Assembly (NCBI GenBank): GCA_043808015.1
Contig: JAZDFI010000009.1
Coordinates: forward strand, 1 to 61,386
DNA length: 61,386 bases
Direction: 5' to 3'
From: Candidatus Aenigmatarchaeota archaeon
GTDB taxonomy: Archaea; Aenigmatarchaeota; Aenigmatarchaeia; QMZP01; QMZT01
Part shown: piece after piece, positions 51,214 through 59,383 of the stretch
How the letters are laid out: every line of letters starts with the position of its first letter
Numbering within the stretch: position 1 is the stretch's first letter
Notes under the pieces: generated by a model
The model's database searches: none
Seen by the model: only the letters and a program-made list of their open reading frames with translations
What the model was told of the DNA's origin: nothing
Translations under genes and position numbers: made by a program

Positions 51214-52971
51214 ATGAAAAAAGGAACGAATCCCATTCTGGACCAGCTCAGGAAGCTGGAAAGGATAATACCCATCACCCTGAGGCCGTGGGAAGACGGC
51301 AAGGAAGACTGGAAAAAGGACATGAAGGCCGACACGGTCCTGGAATGCGGATGGGGCAAGCTCATTTTCGGGCAGACGTTCAGCTGCAGCGAAAAGCTGG
51401 CCAGGGAAATAATGAACGAGACCCCCGGCAAGAGGAACATCGCCCTGTACATACGCGACCCGCACGTCGTCCTTGCCGCAGCGCCGCACAAGATGTTCCT
51501 CGACCCGTCGCACATGTACAGGCTCTGGTTCGACGGGTACAAGAGGGTCGACCTCGAGGAGTCGCATTTCTCCGTGCGCGCCGTAAGTACGCCGGAAGAC
51601 CTGAAGAATGTGAACAAGATGCTGGCGTTCAGGCAGATGACCCAGGTCGACGGGGGTTTCATGACCGAAAAGGCCGGCTCAGGGGCGGTGACTTATTTCC
51701 TGATGGAGAACGCCGCAAACAAAAGGCCCATGGCGACTGCTATGGCCGTCGACCATAAAATCGCATTCAACGACCCGGAGAACGGCTCGAGCCTCTGGGC
51801 GCTCGCCGTCGACCCGAACTCCGAGATGCCCGGGCTGGGCGAGCACATGGTAAGGCACGTCATACAGCATTTCATGGCGCTTTCAAGGGATTTTCTCGAC
51901 CTCTCGGTCATGCACAACAACAAGCCGGCGATTGCGCTTTACGAGAAGCTGGGCTTCGAGAGGATTTCCGTTTTCAGCATAAAGAACAAGAACCCGATAA
52001 ACGAGCACCTTTTCTCCGCGCCGCCCGTAAGGGAGGACTTCAACCCGTACGCGAAGATAATAATCAACGAGGCGAGGAGGAGGGGCATCGAGGTCGAGGC
52101 GGTCGACCCCGGGAACGGTTATTTTTCGCTGGTCCACGGCGGCAGGAGGATAATGTGCAGGGAGTCTCTGTCCGAGATAACCACGGCGATAGCGATGAGC
52201 AGGTGCGAGGACAAGGCCGTGACGAGCAGCGTCCTTAAAAACGCCGGCATAAACGTGCCCGACCAGATGATCGCATCGACGGACGAGGAGAATCTGGCTT
52301 TCCTGGCGAAGCACAATAGGGTCGTGGTCAAGCCGCGCAAGGGCGAGCAGGGCGTCAACGTCTTCGTGGACATACGGACGCCTAAAGATCTGAAAAAGGC
52401 CGTGAGGATAGCGTCGAATTACTGCGGCGGAGCGGTCATCGAGCAGATGGCCGAAGGCAGGGACCTGCGCGTCGTGCTCATAGACTACAAGGTCGTGGCC
52501 GCTTCCGTCAGGAAGCCGCCGAGGGTAACGGGAAACGGCAGACTGACCGTGAAGCAGCTCATGGAAAAGCAGAGCAGGCGGCGGGCGGCCGCGACTGGCG
52601 GCGAGAGCAAAATACCCGTCGACGCCGAAACCATGAGATGCGTCAGGGACCAGGGCTACAAAATGGGCTCGGTCCTGCCGAAGGGCACGAGAATCATAGT
52701 CAGGAAGTCCGCCAACCTCCATACGGGCGGCACCATACACGACGTCACAGACAAACTGGGAACAAAGCTGGATGAAATCGCAGAGAAGGCCGCGCGCGCG
52801 CTGAAGATACCCGTCGTGGGCCTCGACTTCATAGTGGACGATCTGAATGGCAGGGACTACGTGATAATAGAGGCCAACGAGAGGCCGGGGCTTGCAAACC
52901 ACGAACCGCAGCCGACCGCAGAGAAGTTCATCGACATGCTTTTCCCGCAGACAAAATCAGAGTATGCATGA
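51214..52971 (+). CDS. GNAT acetyltransferase fused to an ATP-grasp ligase (Ngg / cyanophycin-synthetase-N-terminal-like)
   Basis: The N-terminal half has a GNAT-like core (VRHVIQHFMALSRDFLDLSVMHNNKPAIALYEKLGFE). The C-terminal half is an ATP-grasp (ARRRGIEVEAVDP...EDKAVTSSVLKNAGINVP...VVVKPRKGEQGVNV...ANLHTGGT...IIEANERPGL). The track start is TTG 51178. Confidence 0.55.
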   Translation: MKKGTNPILDQLRKLERIIPITLRPWEDGKEDWKKDMKADTVLECGWGKLIFGQTFSCSEKLAREIMNETPGKRNIALYIRDPHVVLAAAPHKMFLDPSHMYRLWFDGYKRVDLEESHFSVRAVSTPEDLKNVNKMLAFRQMTQVDGGFMTEKAGSGAVTYFLMENAANKRPMATAMAVDHKIAFNDPENGSSLWALAVDPNSEMPGLGEHMVRHVIQHFMALSRDFLDLSVMHNNKPAIALYEKLGFERISVFSIKNKNPINEHLFSAPPVREDFNPYAKIIINEARRRGIEVEAVDPGNGYFSLVHGGRRIMCRESLSEITTAIAMSRCEDKAVTSSVLKNAGINVPDQMIASTDEENLAFLAKHNRVVVKPRKGEQGVNVFVDIRTPKDLKKAVRIASNYCGGAVIEQMAEGRDLRVVLIDYKVVAASVRKPPRVTGNGRLTVKQLMEKQSRRRAAATGGESKIPVDAETMRCVRDQGYKMGSVLPKGTRIIVRKSANLHTGGTIHDVTDKLGTKLDEIAEKAARALKIPVVGLDFIVDDLNGRDYVIIEANERPGLANHEPQPTAEKFIDMLFPQTKSEYA

Positions 52972-52983
52972 TAAAGCCGCGAA

Positions 52984-53220
52984 TCAGAGCTCGTACTTTT
53001 CCTTTTTCTTTTCCCGAGGCGCCGGGGCTTCTTTCGCTTCTTCTGCAGGCTTTTCCGGAGCGGGCGCGGACTCCATGCCGGCCTTGTAGTCGGGCCGTCT
53101 GAAATGCGCCGGCAGGTCTTTCGACTCCTTGATTACGCGCTTAGCGTATGCCTTGCGCTTGTCCTCGTTCCACGGGTCCTCAGCTTCCTTCCGTCCGTAC
53201 GAATCGCTCTCGTCGTGCAT
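52984..53220 (-). CDS. hypothetical charged protein
   Basis: 78 aa, rich in Lys/Glu/Pro/Ala. No family recognised. Confidence 0.35.
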   Translation of the reverse strand: MHDESDSYGRKEAEDPWNEDKRKAYAKRVIKESKDLPAHFRRPDYKAGMESAPAPEKPAEEAKEAPAPREKKKEKYEL

Positions 53221-53297
53221 CTTGAGAATAACGCCGTTATATTTATAAACTCTTCAGTCAATACATCAATCCGTTTCAAGAATTTCAGGGTGATTAT

Positions 53298-53633
53298 GTG
53301 AAACCTTTATGCGAATATATGATATCCGAGATGCTGCCGGGCTTCCGCGCGCTCATCGCGAAGAAGCTCATCGAGGACCACGGCATGTCGCAGACGCAGG
53401 TCGCCACGCTTCTGGACACGACGCAGCCTGCGATATCGCAATACAGGCGCGACCTGAGGGGACGAAAGACGTCCGTGTTTCTCAATAACCAGAGGCTCAC
53501 CGAGCAGCTGGAGAGGACCGCGAATAACATAGCGAACGGCGACATAAGCCCGGAGAAGACCGGTCTCGAGTTCTGCAGGATGTGCAAGTGCATGCGCGAC
53601 ATCGGCATAGTTTCCGGCTATTCGCTTTGCTGA
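53298..53633 (+). CDS. HTH (XRE-like) transcriptional regulator with a Cys-containing C-terminus
   Basis: 111 aa. The HTH is HGMSQTQVATLLDTTQPAISQYRR and the C-terminus carries CRMCKC. The start is GTG, with an alternative ATG at 53319. Confidence 0.6.
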   Translation: MKPLCEYMISEMLPGFRALIAKKLIEDHGMSQTQVATLLDTTQPAISQYRRDLRGRKTSVFLNNQRLTEQLERTANNIANGDISPEKTGLEFCRMCKCMRDIGIVSGYSLC

Positions 53634-53693
53634 GATGCAATTCTGTCCGGCGCTGGTGAATCTTTTTTTAAGGGGCTAGGGCAAAGTATTAGT

Positions 53694-54065
53694 ATGGACT
53701 ATTGGGAGAAGAAGATCGCGGCAGCCACCATGGGCGACCCCGTCCAGACGCTCAAGAGGGACAAGGAACTCTTCAGGAAGATGAAGCTCGAAATCGACAA
53801 GATGAAGGAAGAGAACCGCAAGCTGCTGAAGAACAACGAGGGCCTCGTGAAGCTCGTCGAGCTCATGGAGGAGAAGGTCAAAAATCTCACCATAGACATG
53901 AAGAAGACTTATTCATACTCATACGAAAAAGGCGGCTGGGTGGAGAAGGGCGCACTGGACCAGGGACGCATCGAGCTCGCTCCGTCACAGATAAGCATAG
54001 ACTCGATAAACAACCAGCTGGCCGAGATACTGAAGATGATAGAGAAACAAAGGATGAAAGAATAA
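53694..54065 (+). CDS. coiled-coil protein
   Basis: 123 aa with heptad-like Lys/Glu/Leu-rich helices. No family recognised. Confidence 0.4.
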   Translation: MDYWEKKIAAATMGDPVQTLKRDKELFRKMKLEIDKMKEENRKLLKNNEGLVKLVELMEEKVKNLTIDMKKTYSYSYEKGGWVEKGALDQGRIELAPSQISIDSINNQLAEILKMIEKQRMKE

Positions 54066-54106
54066 ATAGGGCAGTAATGCTATTATAAAGTAAGCGAGGT
54101 GTCTTG

Positions 54107-54532
54107 ATGACGAAGAAATCTATGCAGAAAGTGCATGACGGGTTGGACGGCGTTCTGAACACCCTCAGCGAGGATGTTACGAAGGCGCTTGATATAAAGG
54201 AAGAGCGCAGAATTCTCGACAAGAAAGTGCGACAGCTAAAGGACGAGGAAATCCAGCTCAGCGAAGTGGTTACCCACCTGAAGAAGACGCGCGATAAAAT
54301 GCAGGACGAGCTTAAGTCGAAGACGCAGGAAGAGGAAGAACTGAAGTCGAAGGTCCTGAATCTCAAAGAGGACAAGGCGGCCATGGAATCCGACAAGCTT
54401 TCCCTTAACCAGCAGATAAAGAACCTGAAGAAAGAGAAGGAAATGGCTCAGAAGTCCCTCGAGAAGACGAACGACCTGCTGATATCACTGAAGCACCACA
54501 TCGCGGAGTTCGACGAAGAGATCAGGGGATAA
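54107..54532 (+). CDS. coiled-coil protein
   Basis: 141 aa, a long Lys/Glu/Leu-rich predicted coiled coil. The track start is TTG 54104. Confidence 0.4.
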   Translation: MTKKSMQKVHDGLDGVLNTLSEDVTKALDIKEERRILDKKVRQLKDEEIQLSEVVTHLKKTRDKMQDELKSKTQEEEELKSKVLNLKEDKAAMESDKLSLNQQIKNLKKEKEMAQKSLEKTNDLLISLKHHIAEFDEEIRG

Positions 54533-54542
54533 GCAAGCGCAA

Positions 54543-54600
54543 GAATCCGTCTTGAGTCAAGAACCGCCTTAACGGGCGGATTCCTGTTATTTTTATTTTT
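54543..54600 (+). terminator. hairpin(s) followed by a T-rich tract
   Basis: GAATCCG (54543-49) pairs with CGGATTC (54577-83). There is an inner CCGCC/GGCGG option, followed by TTATTTTTATTTTT. Confidence 0.45.
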
Positions 54601-54641
54601 ACCAATGTCATTTCTAATTATAGCGCTAGTTGGACGATATC

Positions 54642-55679
54642 ATGAAAAGAGTTGGAGTTTCTGATCTGCCGTTGCACCCGGGCCGCTGCCCGCCGTGGCT
54701 GTTCAAGCGGATGAAAACGCTCGCGGGTCTGGTGAGCGAGGCCATCATTCTCGAATACGGCACTGACGAGTTCCTCAGGCGATTGGCGAACCCGTACTTC
54801 TTCCAGTCCTTCGGGTGCGTGCTTGGATTCGACTGGCATTCCAGCGGAGTCACGACGACTACGATGGGCGCGTTAAAGGAAGCGCTCGACCCCGAGAAGC
54901 ACGGCATCGCCGTCCTCGGCGGCAAAGGAGGAACGTCGAGAAAAACGCCCTTCGAAATCGAGAGCGCGAGCCAGACGTTTCCGCTCACGGATGAGGAAAC
55001 CGAGTTCCTGAAATACGCGAGCCGGATGGCCGCGAAGGTCGATTCATCCGCCGTGCAGGACGGCTACCAGCTCTATCACCACAACTTCATCCTCGCGGAG
55101 AACGGCAACTGGGCGGTCGTGCAACAAGGGATGAACAATGCGAACCGCTATGCCCGCCGCTATCACTGGCTTTCGCAGGAACTCGAGTCGTTCGTCAGCG
55201 AGCCGCACACTGCGATATGCTGCGACTTTCGGGGGCGTACGCTGGACATGACCGCTAAGGACAGCAAGAACGCGAGGAAAGCGTCTGTCGACCTTGTGAA
55301 GGACGGGCTGGGCGAGGTGCGAAAACTCCTGGTCATGGGCAGCTTCCACTGGATTGACAACTCCGTGTACAAGCGCCTTCTCGACCTGAACGAGTTCCAG
55401 CCGCGGAACTACGAAGAGCTGCTGGCGTTCCAGGGCGTCGGGCCCAAGACGATACGCGCGCTCGCGCTGACCAGCAAACTCGTCTACGGGACCGAGGCGA
55501 GCTGGAAGGACCCTGTACAATTCTCATTTTCGAGAGGCGGAAAAGACGGCACGCCGTTCCCCGTCGAGCGCGACGCGTACGATGAGAGCAGCCAGATGCT
55601 GCGCAACGCGCTCGACAACGCGAAGCTCGGGAACAAGGAGAAGCTGGCGGCGATACGCAGGCTCGAGAATTTCGCCTGA
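54642..55679 (+). CDS. DUF763 domain protein
   Basis: It has DLPLHPGRCPPWLFKRMKTLAG...PYFFQSFGCVLGFDWHSSGVTTT, the conserved DUF763 N-terminal block. The track start is TTG 54630. Confidence 0.75.
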   Translation: MKRVGVSDLPLHPGRCPPWLFKRMKTLAGLVSEAIILEYGTDEFLRRLANPYFFQSFGCVLGFDWHSSGVTTTTMGALKEALDPEKHGIAVLGGKGGTSRKTPFEIESASQTFPLTDEETEFLKYASRMAAKVDSSAVQDGYQLYHHNFILAENGNWAVVQQGMNNANRYARRYHWLSQELESFVSEPHTAICCDFRGRTLDMTAKDSKNARKASVDLVKDGLGEVRKLLVMGSFHWIDNSVYKRLLDLNEFQPRNYEELLAFQGVGPKTIRALALTSKLVYGTEASWKDPVQFSFSRGGKDGTPFPVERDAYDESSQMLRNALDNAKLGNKEKLAAIRRLENFA

Positions 55680-55710
55680 AATTTATTAAGCCGGCTGACA
55701 ATTTCTATAA

Positions 55711-56277
55711 ATGGAATTCCTCGTTCTCGGCCTCACAGGGAAACGCGGCTCAGGCAAGGACACGATGGCCGATTACCTTAAGGCGAAGTATGGATTCCGC
55801 GTCCTGACATACACGAACGACGTGCTCGCGCCCATACTGAAGGGGCAGGGGAAAGAAGTCACCAGGGAAAACTTAATCACTCTTGCTCTCAGCCTGCGCG
55901 CGAAAGGCGGGAAACACATCATAACAAAGCTGCTGTGCGACAAGATCGAGCCGTCGGGCCTGTGGGCGGTGAGCGGTGTGCGCTATCCTGAAGAAGTAGA
56001 CTACTTCAAGGGCAAGTTCGGCGGGGCATTCGTTCTCATCGATGTCTGCTGCCGCATCGAGAAGCGGCACGAACGAGTCGTCAAACGAGGCACGAAAGGC
56101 GAGGGCCACATGACCATGGACGAGTTTCTCGCCGTCGAAGAGAAGGAGACTGAGAAAGTCATAAGCGACACCATAAAGCTGGCCGGCATGAAAATCGAGA
56201 ATGACGGTTCGATGGACAACTTCTACAAAAAGATAGACGCGCTGATGAATAAGCTGAAAATACCTACTTCTCGCTGA
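55711..56277 (+). CDS. P-loop nucleotide/nucleoside kinase-like protein
   Basis: 188 aa with Walker A GLTGKRGSGKDT at the N-terminus. Its size and layout resemble dephospho-CoA kinase or dNMP kinase, but the substrate is unknown. Confidence 0.55.
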   Translation: MEFLVLGLTGKRGSGKDTMADYLKAKYGFRVLTYTNDVLAPILKGQGKEVTRENLITLALSLRAKGGKHIITKLLCDKIEPSGLWAVSGVRYPEEVDYFKGKFGGAFVLIDVCCRIEKRHERVVKRGTKGEGHMTMDEFLAVEEKETEKVISDTIKLAGMKIENDGSMDNFYKKIDALMNKLKIPTSR

Positions 56278-57472
56278 TTTTGAAAATCCTCACGAAAGCC
56301 AGCAGCATGAAGGCGCTTGCTATCGACGTTATTCCCGTTATGATTATGGGCACGTGGTAGCCCATCATTTCCCCGAGCGGCCCGAAGACCAGCGAGCCCG
56401 TCACCTGCCCCAGCAGCATGACTGTGAATAATACGCCTGAGCTTCCGCCCACGCGCTCTACGTGGAACATCTTCGATATCCAGAAGTAAATCGCTATCTC
56501 CGCCATGCCGTCGCCGAACTCGTGGAATATGCGCATGACGAAGGAGAACCACGGCACGGGCACTGTGTTGAGTATGTATGAAACGCCTGAGAGCAGCATG
56601 CCGGCGAAGAATATCATCTTCAGGTTGCTCCTGCCGGCGTCTATCCTCCTGCCGAAGTACAGCGCGGCTATGCCGAGGAACGGCAGCGCGAGCGACGTGT
56701 AGATGCCCAGCCAGAACATGTCTAGGCCGAGGTTGTTCTTGAGGAACAGGCCGAACGCCGTCCTCTCCGAACCCCAGTGCAGAGTGAAGATGAACATCAC
56801 TATCGCCAGGAATACGACCCTGCGGTTGAGCACGTCTTTCTTGTAATGGCCCAGCTTGACCGTGTATTTGGCGGCGGACCTGAACGAGACGAATGGGATT
56901 ATCAGCAGGTACATCAGGCCGATTATCATGAAGCCCGTCTGGAAGCCTACCAGGAAGACGAGCGCGCCGCCGATGAAGAGTCCGAGCGATGAAGAGAGGT
57001 ACTTGACGAGGCTGTACGTCCCGAACTTCCTGCCCTCCCTGCCCACCATGTTTGTCTTGAAAGCGAGCGTGCGCAGCGAGATTTCGCACACGTTGTTGCC
57101 CAGCCCGCCTAGGAAGAACAGCGGCGCGAACAGCACGAACGACTCGAACGCGCCGATGCCGAAAAAGAACACGGCAATCATCATTATGCCGGCGACGACC
57201 GCGAGGCGGATAGTCCATTTGTCGTTTATCACGCCGGTAGGGAAGGTGACGAATATCGACGCGATTGCGTAAAGCGCGACCAGTATCCCTATTTCATAGC
57301 CGTTCAGCCCGACTGACGAGAGATATATGGGCATCACGAAAGACGTGAACGAAAAGAAGAGCGCGAACAGGAACAGTATGGCCAGCGCCCGCCTGTAATC
57401 GGGGTCCTCTATGCCTTTAATCAGACCGCCAAGGGCGCCGAGCCTGCCAATCATATTCTTATTTGACTTCAA
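56264..57472 (-). CDS. MFS transporter
   Basis: 402 aa with about 12 TM segments in a 6+6 arrangement and a basic central loop. Confidence 0.8.
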   Translation of the reverse strand: MKSNKNMIGRLGALGGLIKGIEDPDYRRALAILFLFALFFSFTSFVMPIYLSSVGLNGYEIGILVALYAIASIFVTFPTGVINDKWTIRLAVVAGIMMIAVFFFGIGAFESFVLFAPLFFLGGLGNNVCEISLRTLAFKTNMVGREGRKFGTYSLVKYLSSSLGLFIGGALVFLVGFQTGFMIIGLMYLLIIPFVSFRSAAKYTVKLGHYKKDVLNRRVVFLAIVMFIFTLHWGSERTAFGLFLKNNLGLDMFWLGIYTSLALPFLGIAALYFGRRIDAGRSNLKMIFFAGMLLSGVSYILNTVPVPWFSFVMRIFHEFGDGMAEIAIYFWISKMFHVERVGGSSGVLFTVMLLGQVTGSLVFGPLGEMMGYHVPIIITGITSIASAFMLLAFVRIFKISEK

Positions 57473-57518
57473 TCACTAATTTAAACATTCAAGGGCAAAA
57501 AAGTATACCAAGCAATTC

Positions 57519-57546
57519 GACGCATGCGCAGCATGCGTCATTCGCT
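57519..57546 (+). repeat. 28-nt hairpin module GACGCATGC-GCA-GCATGCGTC-ATTCGCT, copy 1 (tRNA-Thr leader)
   Basis: It is identical to 57632-57659 and has a 9-bp perfect stem with a 3-nt loop. It ends 6 nt before the tRNA 5' end. Confidence 0.9.
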
Positions 57547-57590
57547 GGTCACGCCTCAGTAGCTCAACCCGGCAGAGCGATCGATTTGTA

Positions 57591-57664
57591 TCGATATTAA
57601 GAGGCCGAAAGGCCAATGATTTAAGTCGGCAGACGCATGCGCAGCATGCGTCATTCGCTAGAAT
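57591..57664 (+). other. intron of tRNA-Thr
   Basis: The 74-nt insert follows A37. It contains GGCC-GAAA-GGCC and the 28-nt hairpin module. A relaxed bulge-helix-bulge can be drawn, with TTTG pairing to TAGA through two G-U pairs. Confidence 0.7.
57632..57659 (+). repeat. 28-nt hairpin module, copy 2 (inside the tRNA-Thr intron)
   Basis: It is identical to 57519-57546 and ends 5 nt before the 3' exon. Confidence 0.9.
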
Positions 57665-57733
57665 ATCGATAGGTTGAGGGTTCAAATCCCTCCTGGGGCT
57701 TTGGCTTTTTTCAATTTTTGGGTATCCATATTC

Positions 57734-57802
57734 ATGTGACTACAAAAAACTGAAAGTGTAGTCACATAATAAATTAGTTTATAAATATGTAGTCACATAA
57801 TA
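57734..57802. promoter_or_regulatory. operator-like repeats upstream of the Fic gene
   Basis: The 15-nt direct repeat TGTAGTCACATAATA occurs at 57757-57771 and 57788-57802. An inverted partial copy ATGTGACTACA lies at 57734-57744. The last copy ends 5 nt before the Fic ATG. Confidence 0.5.
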
Positions 57803-57807
57803 TTATC

Positions 57808-58758
57808 ATGCACGTTGAAGTCCGCAGATCCGGGAAAAGAAAGCTATATTATCTCGCGCACTCCTTCAGGGATAACGGCAGGATAAGAAAGGTCAGAAGA
57901 TATCTGGGCGCCGGCCTGACTGACAAAAAAATAGCGAAAATCAGGAAACATGCCGAAAAATCCATCGCGGAGCAGATAGAAAATTACAGGAGAATAAGGG
58001 ACCCTCTGCATACGGTTCTGTCTGCAGGCGAGATGGAGTTCATCAAAACCATGCTGGCGGACAGCGATATGAGAATATCACACCTTTCCGAGAGCCAGTG
58101 GGAAAGGTTCACCGAACTTTTCACCTATGACACAAACGCCATAGAGGGCTCCACCATCACGGTTTCGGAAGTCAGGGACATCATCAGAAATGACAGATGG
58201 CCGGCGAGGAGAACGAAAGAGGAAATATCGGAAACGTACGGCGTGGCAGAAGCCGTTGACTGCATCCGCAAAAGCAGGGAGCATATATCCCTAGAGCTGA
58301 TTAAAAAATTGCACAGAATAGTCTTCAAAAACTCAAAGCCCTTCGCAGGGCAGTTCAGGTCCAAAGGCATAGAGGTTGCAGTTGTTGATGGTGGGGGAAG
58401 AGTGATACACAGAGGCGCTCCGCAGAAGCAGGTCGCAAGGCTGCTCAGAGAGCTTGTGAAATGGTATGATGAAAACAAGGAAAAATATCATCCCGTCGTC
58501 CTTGCGGCAGTCATCCACAACCAGTTCGAGAACATTCACCCCTTCCAGGACGGGAACGGGAGGGTTGGGCGGCTTCTGCTCAACAACATTCTCATCAGGC
58601 ATGGCATGCCTCCCGTGAACATAGAGTTGAAGAACAGGACGGAATACTACGCTGCGCTCAGAGGCTATGAAACAGAAGGCAACCTAAGGCCGACGATAGA
58701 GCTGATTCTGAAGGAATACAGAAAAATGAGGTTAAGCCGAAAACTGACCAGAACATAA
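57808..58758 (+). CDS. Fic family protein (probable AMPylase) with an internal inhibitory motif
   Basis: 316 aa. The catalytic motif is HPFQDGNGRVGR. An upstream TNAIEG fits the (S/T)xxxE(G/N) autoinhibitory helix pattern. Confidence 0.85.
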   Translation: MHVEVRRSGKRKLYYLAHSFRDNGRIRKVRRYLGAGLTDKKIAKIRKHAEKSIAEQIENYRRIRDPLHTVLSAGEMEFIKTMLADSDMRISHLSESQWERFTELFTYDTNAIEGSTITVSEVRDIIRNDRWPARRTKEEISETYGVAEAVDCIRKSREHISLELIKKLHRIVFKNSKPFAGQFRSKGIEVAVVDGGGRVIHRGAPQKQVARLLRELVKWYDENKEKYHPVVLAAVIHNQFENIHPFQDGNGRVGRLLLNNILIRHGMPPVNIELKNRTEYYAALRGYETEGNLRPTIELILKEYRKMRLSRKLTRT

Positions 58759-58827
58759 GCGTTGTGGCAGCGGGTATATGGCAATAATGGTACAGGAATA
58801 AACACTTTATCGTGCTCTAGGTTTTTC

Positions 58828-59292
58828 TCAGTTGACCTGCCCCGTGACCGTGCCTATCTCGGTGTGGTCGAGCCCGCCGGAATTGTAGACTATCGCTATC
58901 TTTATCGAATAGCTCGACCCTGGTTTCAGCACTGGCGTGGTCTCAAACTCTATCTGCCTCGACTGGCCGGGCTCCAGCACCAGGTCAACCGGGCTGTATG
59001 AGGTCGATTGGTCGCCTATGGTCGCCGTTATCGAACGTATGACCAGCGGGGTTGAGAGTCTCCCGTTCTCCAGATTCAATACGAATTTGCCGTCGGCGCT
59101 TTTCAGCTCCCAGTCAACCGGGGTTCCCAGAACCTGAAAGCCTGTGACCGTCCGTCCGGCGAACATGAGAGGATTGAAAAGCCCAAGGCCGTAAAACGCC
59201 GCGGCCAGTATCACCACGATGAATATGGCCCAGCCATACGACATCAGGTATTCCATAGCAGACTGCGCTTTCTCCCTCGCGAAATTTCTCAT
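58828..59292 (-). CDS. archaeal type IV pilin-like protein (class III signal peptide)
   Basis: The N-terminus is KAQSAMEYLMSYGWAIFIVVILAAAFYGLGLF, the typical prepilin peptidase site plus hydrophobic helix. A beta-rich domain follows. Confidence 0.65.
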   Translation of the reverse strand: MRNFAREKAQSAMEYLMSYGWAIFIVVILAAAFYGLGLFNPLMFAGRTVTGFQVLGTPVDWELKSADGKFVLNLENGRLSTPLVIRSITATIGDQSTSYSPVDLVLEPGQSRQIEFETTPVLKPGSSYSIKIAIVYNSGGLDHTEIGTVTGQVN

Positions 59293-59383
59293 AATCCGAC
59301 CCCTACAATCTCACACAATCACGCTGAGAATAATATGTGAACAACAAATAAAAGTAAATAAAACCCGGAATCCATTTCTTATC

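Larger units (their letters stand above)
57553..57700 (+). tRNA. tRNA-Thr (anticodon UGU) with a 74-nt intron at 37/38
   Basis: I folded this by hand. The acceptor stem is GCCTCAG/CTGGGGC (one G-U pair) with discriminator T. The D-arm is GCTC-AACCCGGCA-GAGC, the anticodon arm is ATCGA-TTTGTA|A-TCGAT, the variable loop is AGGTT and the T-arm is GAGGG-TTCAAAT-CCCTC. The exons sum to 74 nt. Confidence 0.8.

Noticed and set aside
57476-57685. A 69-aa minus-strand ORF across the tRNA-Thr locus.
   Set aside because: A tRNA cloverleaf with an intron fully explains this region. The ORF is Cys/Arg-rich because of the palindromic repeat.
59219-59383. Upstream extension of the pseudouridine synthase ORF, and similar extensions at 25940..26074 (CDF), 18753..18857 (TraB), 39883..39942 (CobO), 60719..60817 (YdjM) and 49077..49193 (MscL).
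   Set aside because: These extensions start at the most upstream ATG/GTG/TTG, overlap neighbouring genes or promoters, and add residues absent from the family N-termini. Internal ATGs with Shine-Dalgarno-like motifs fit better.
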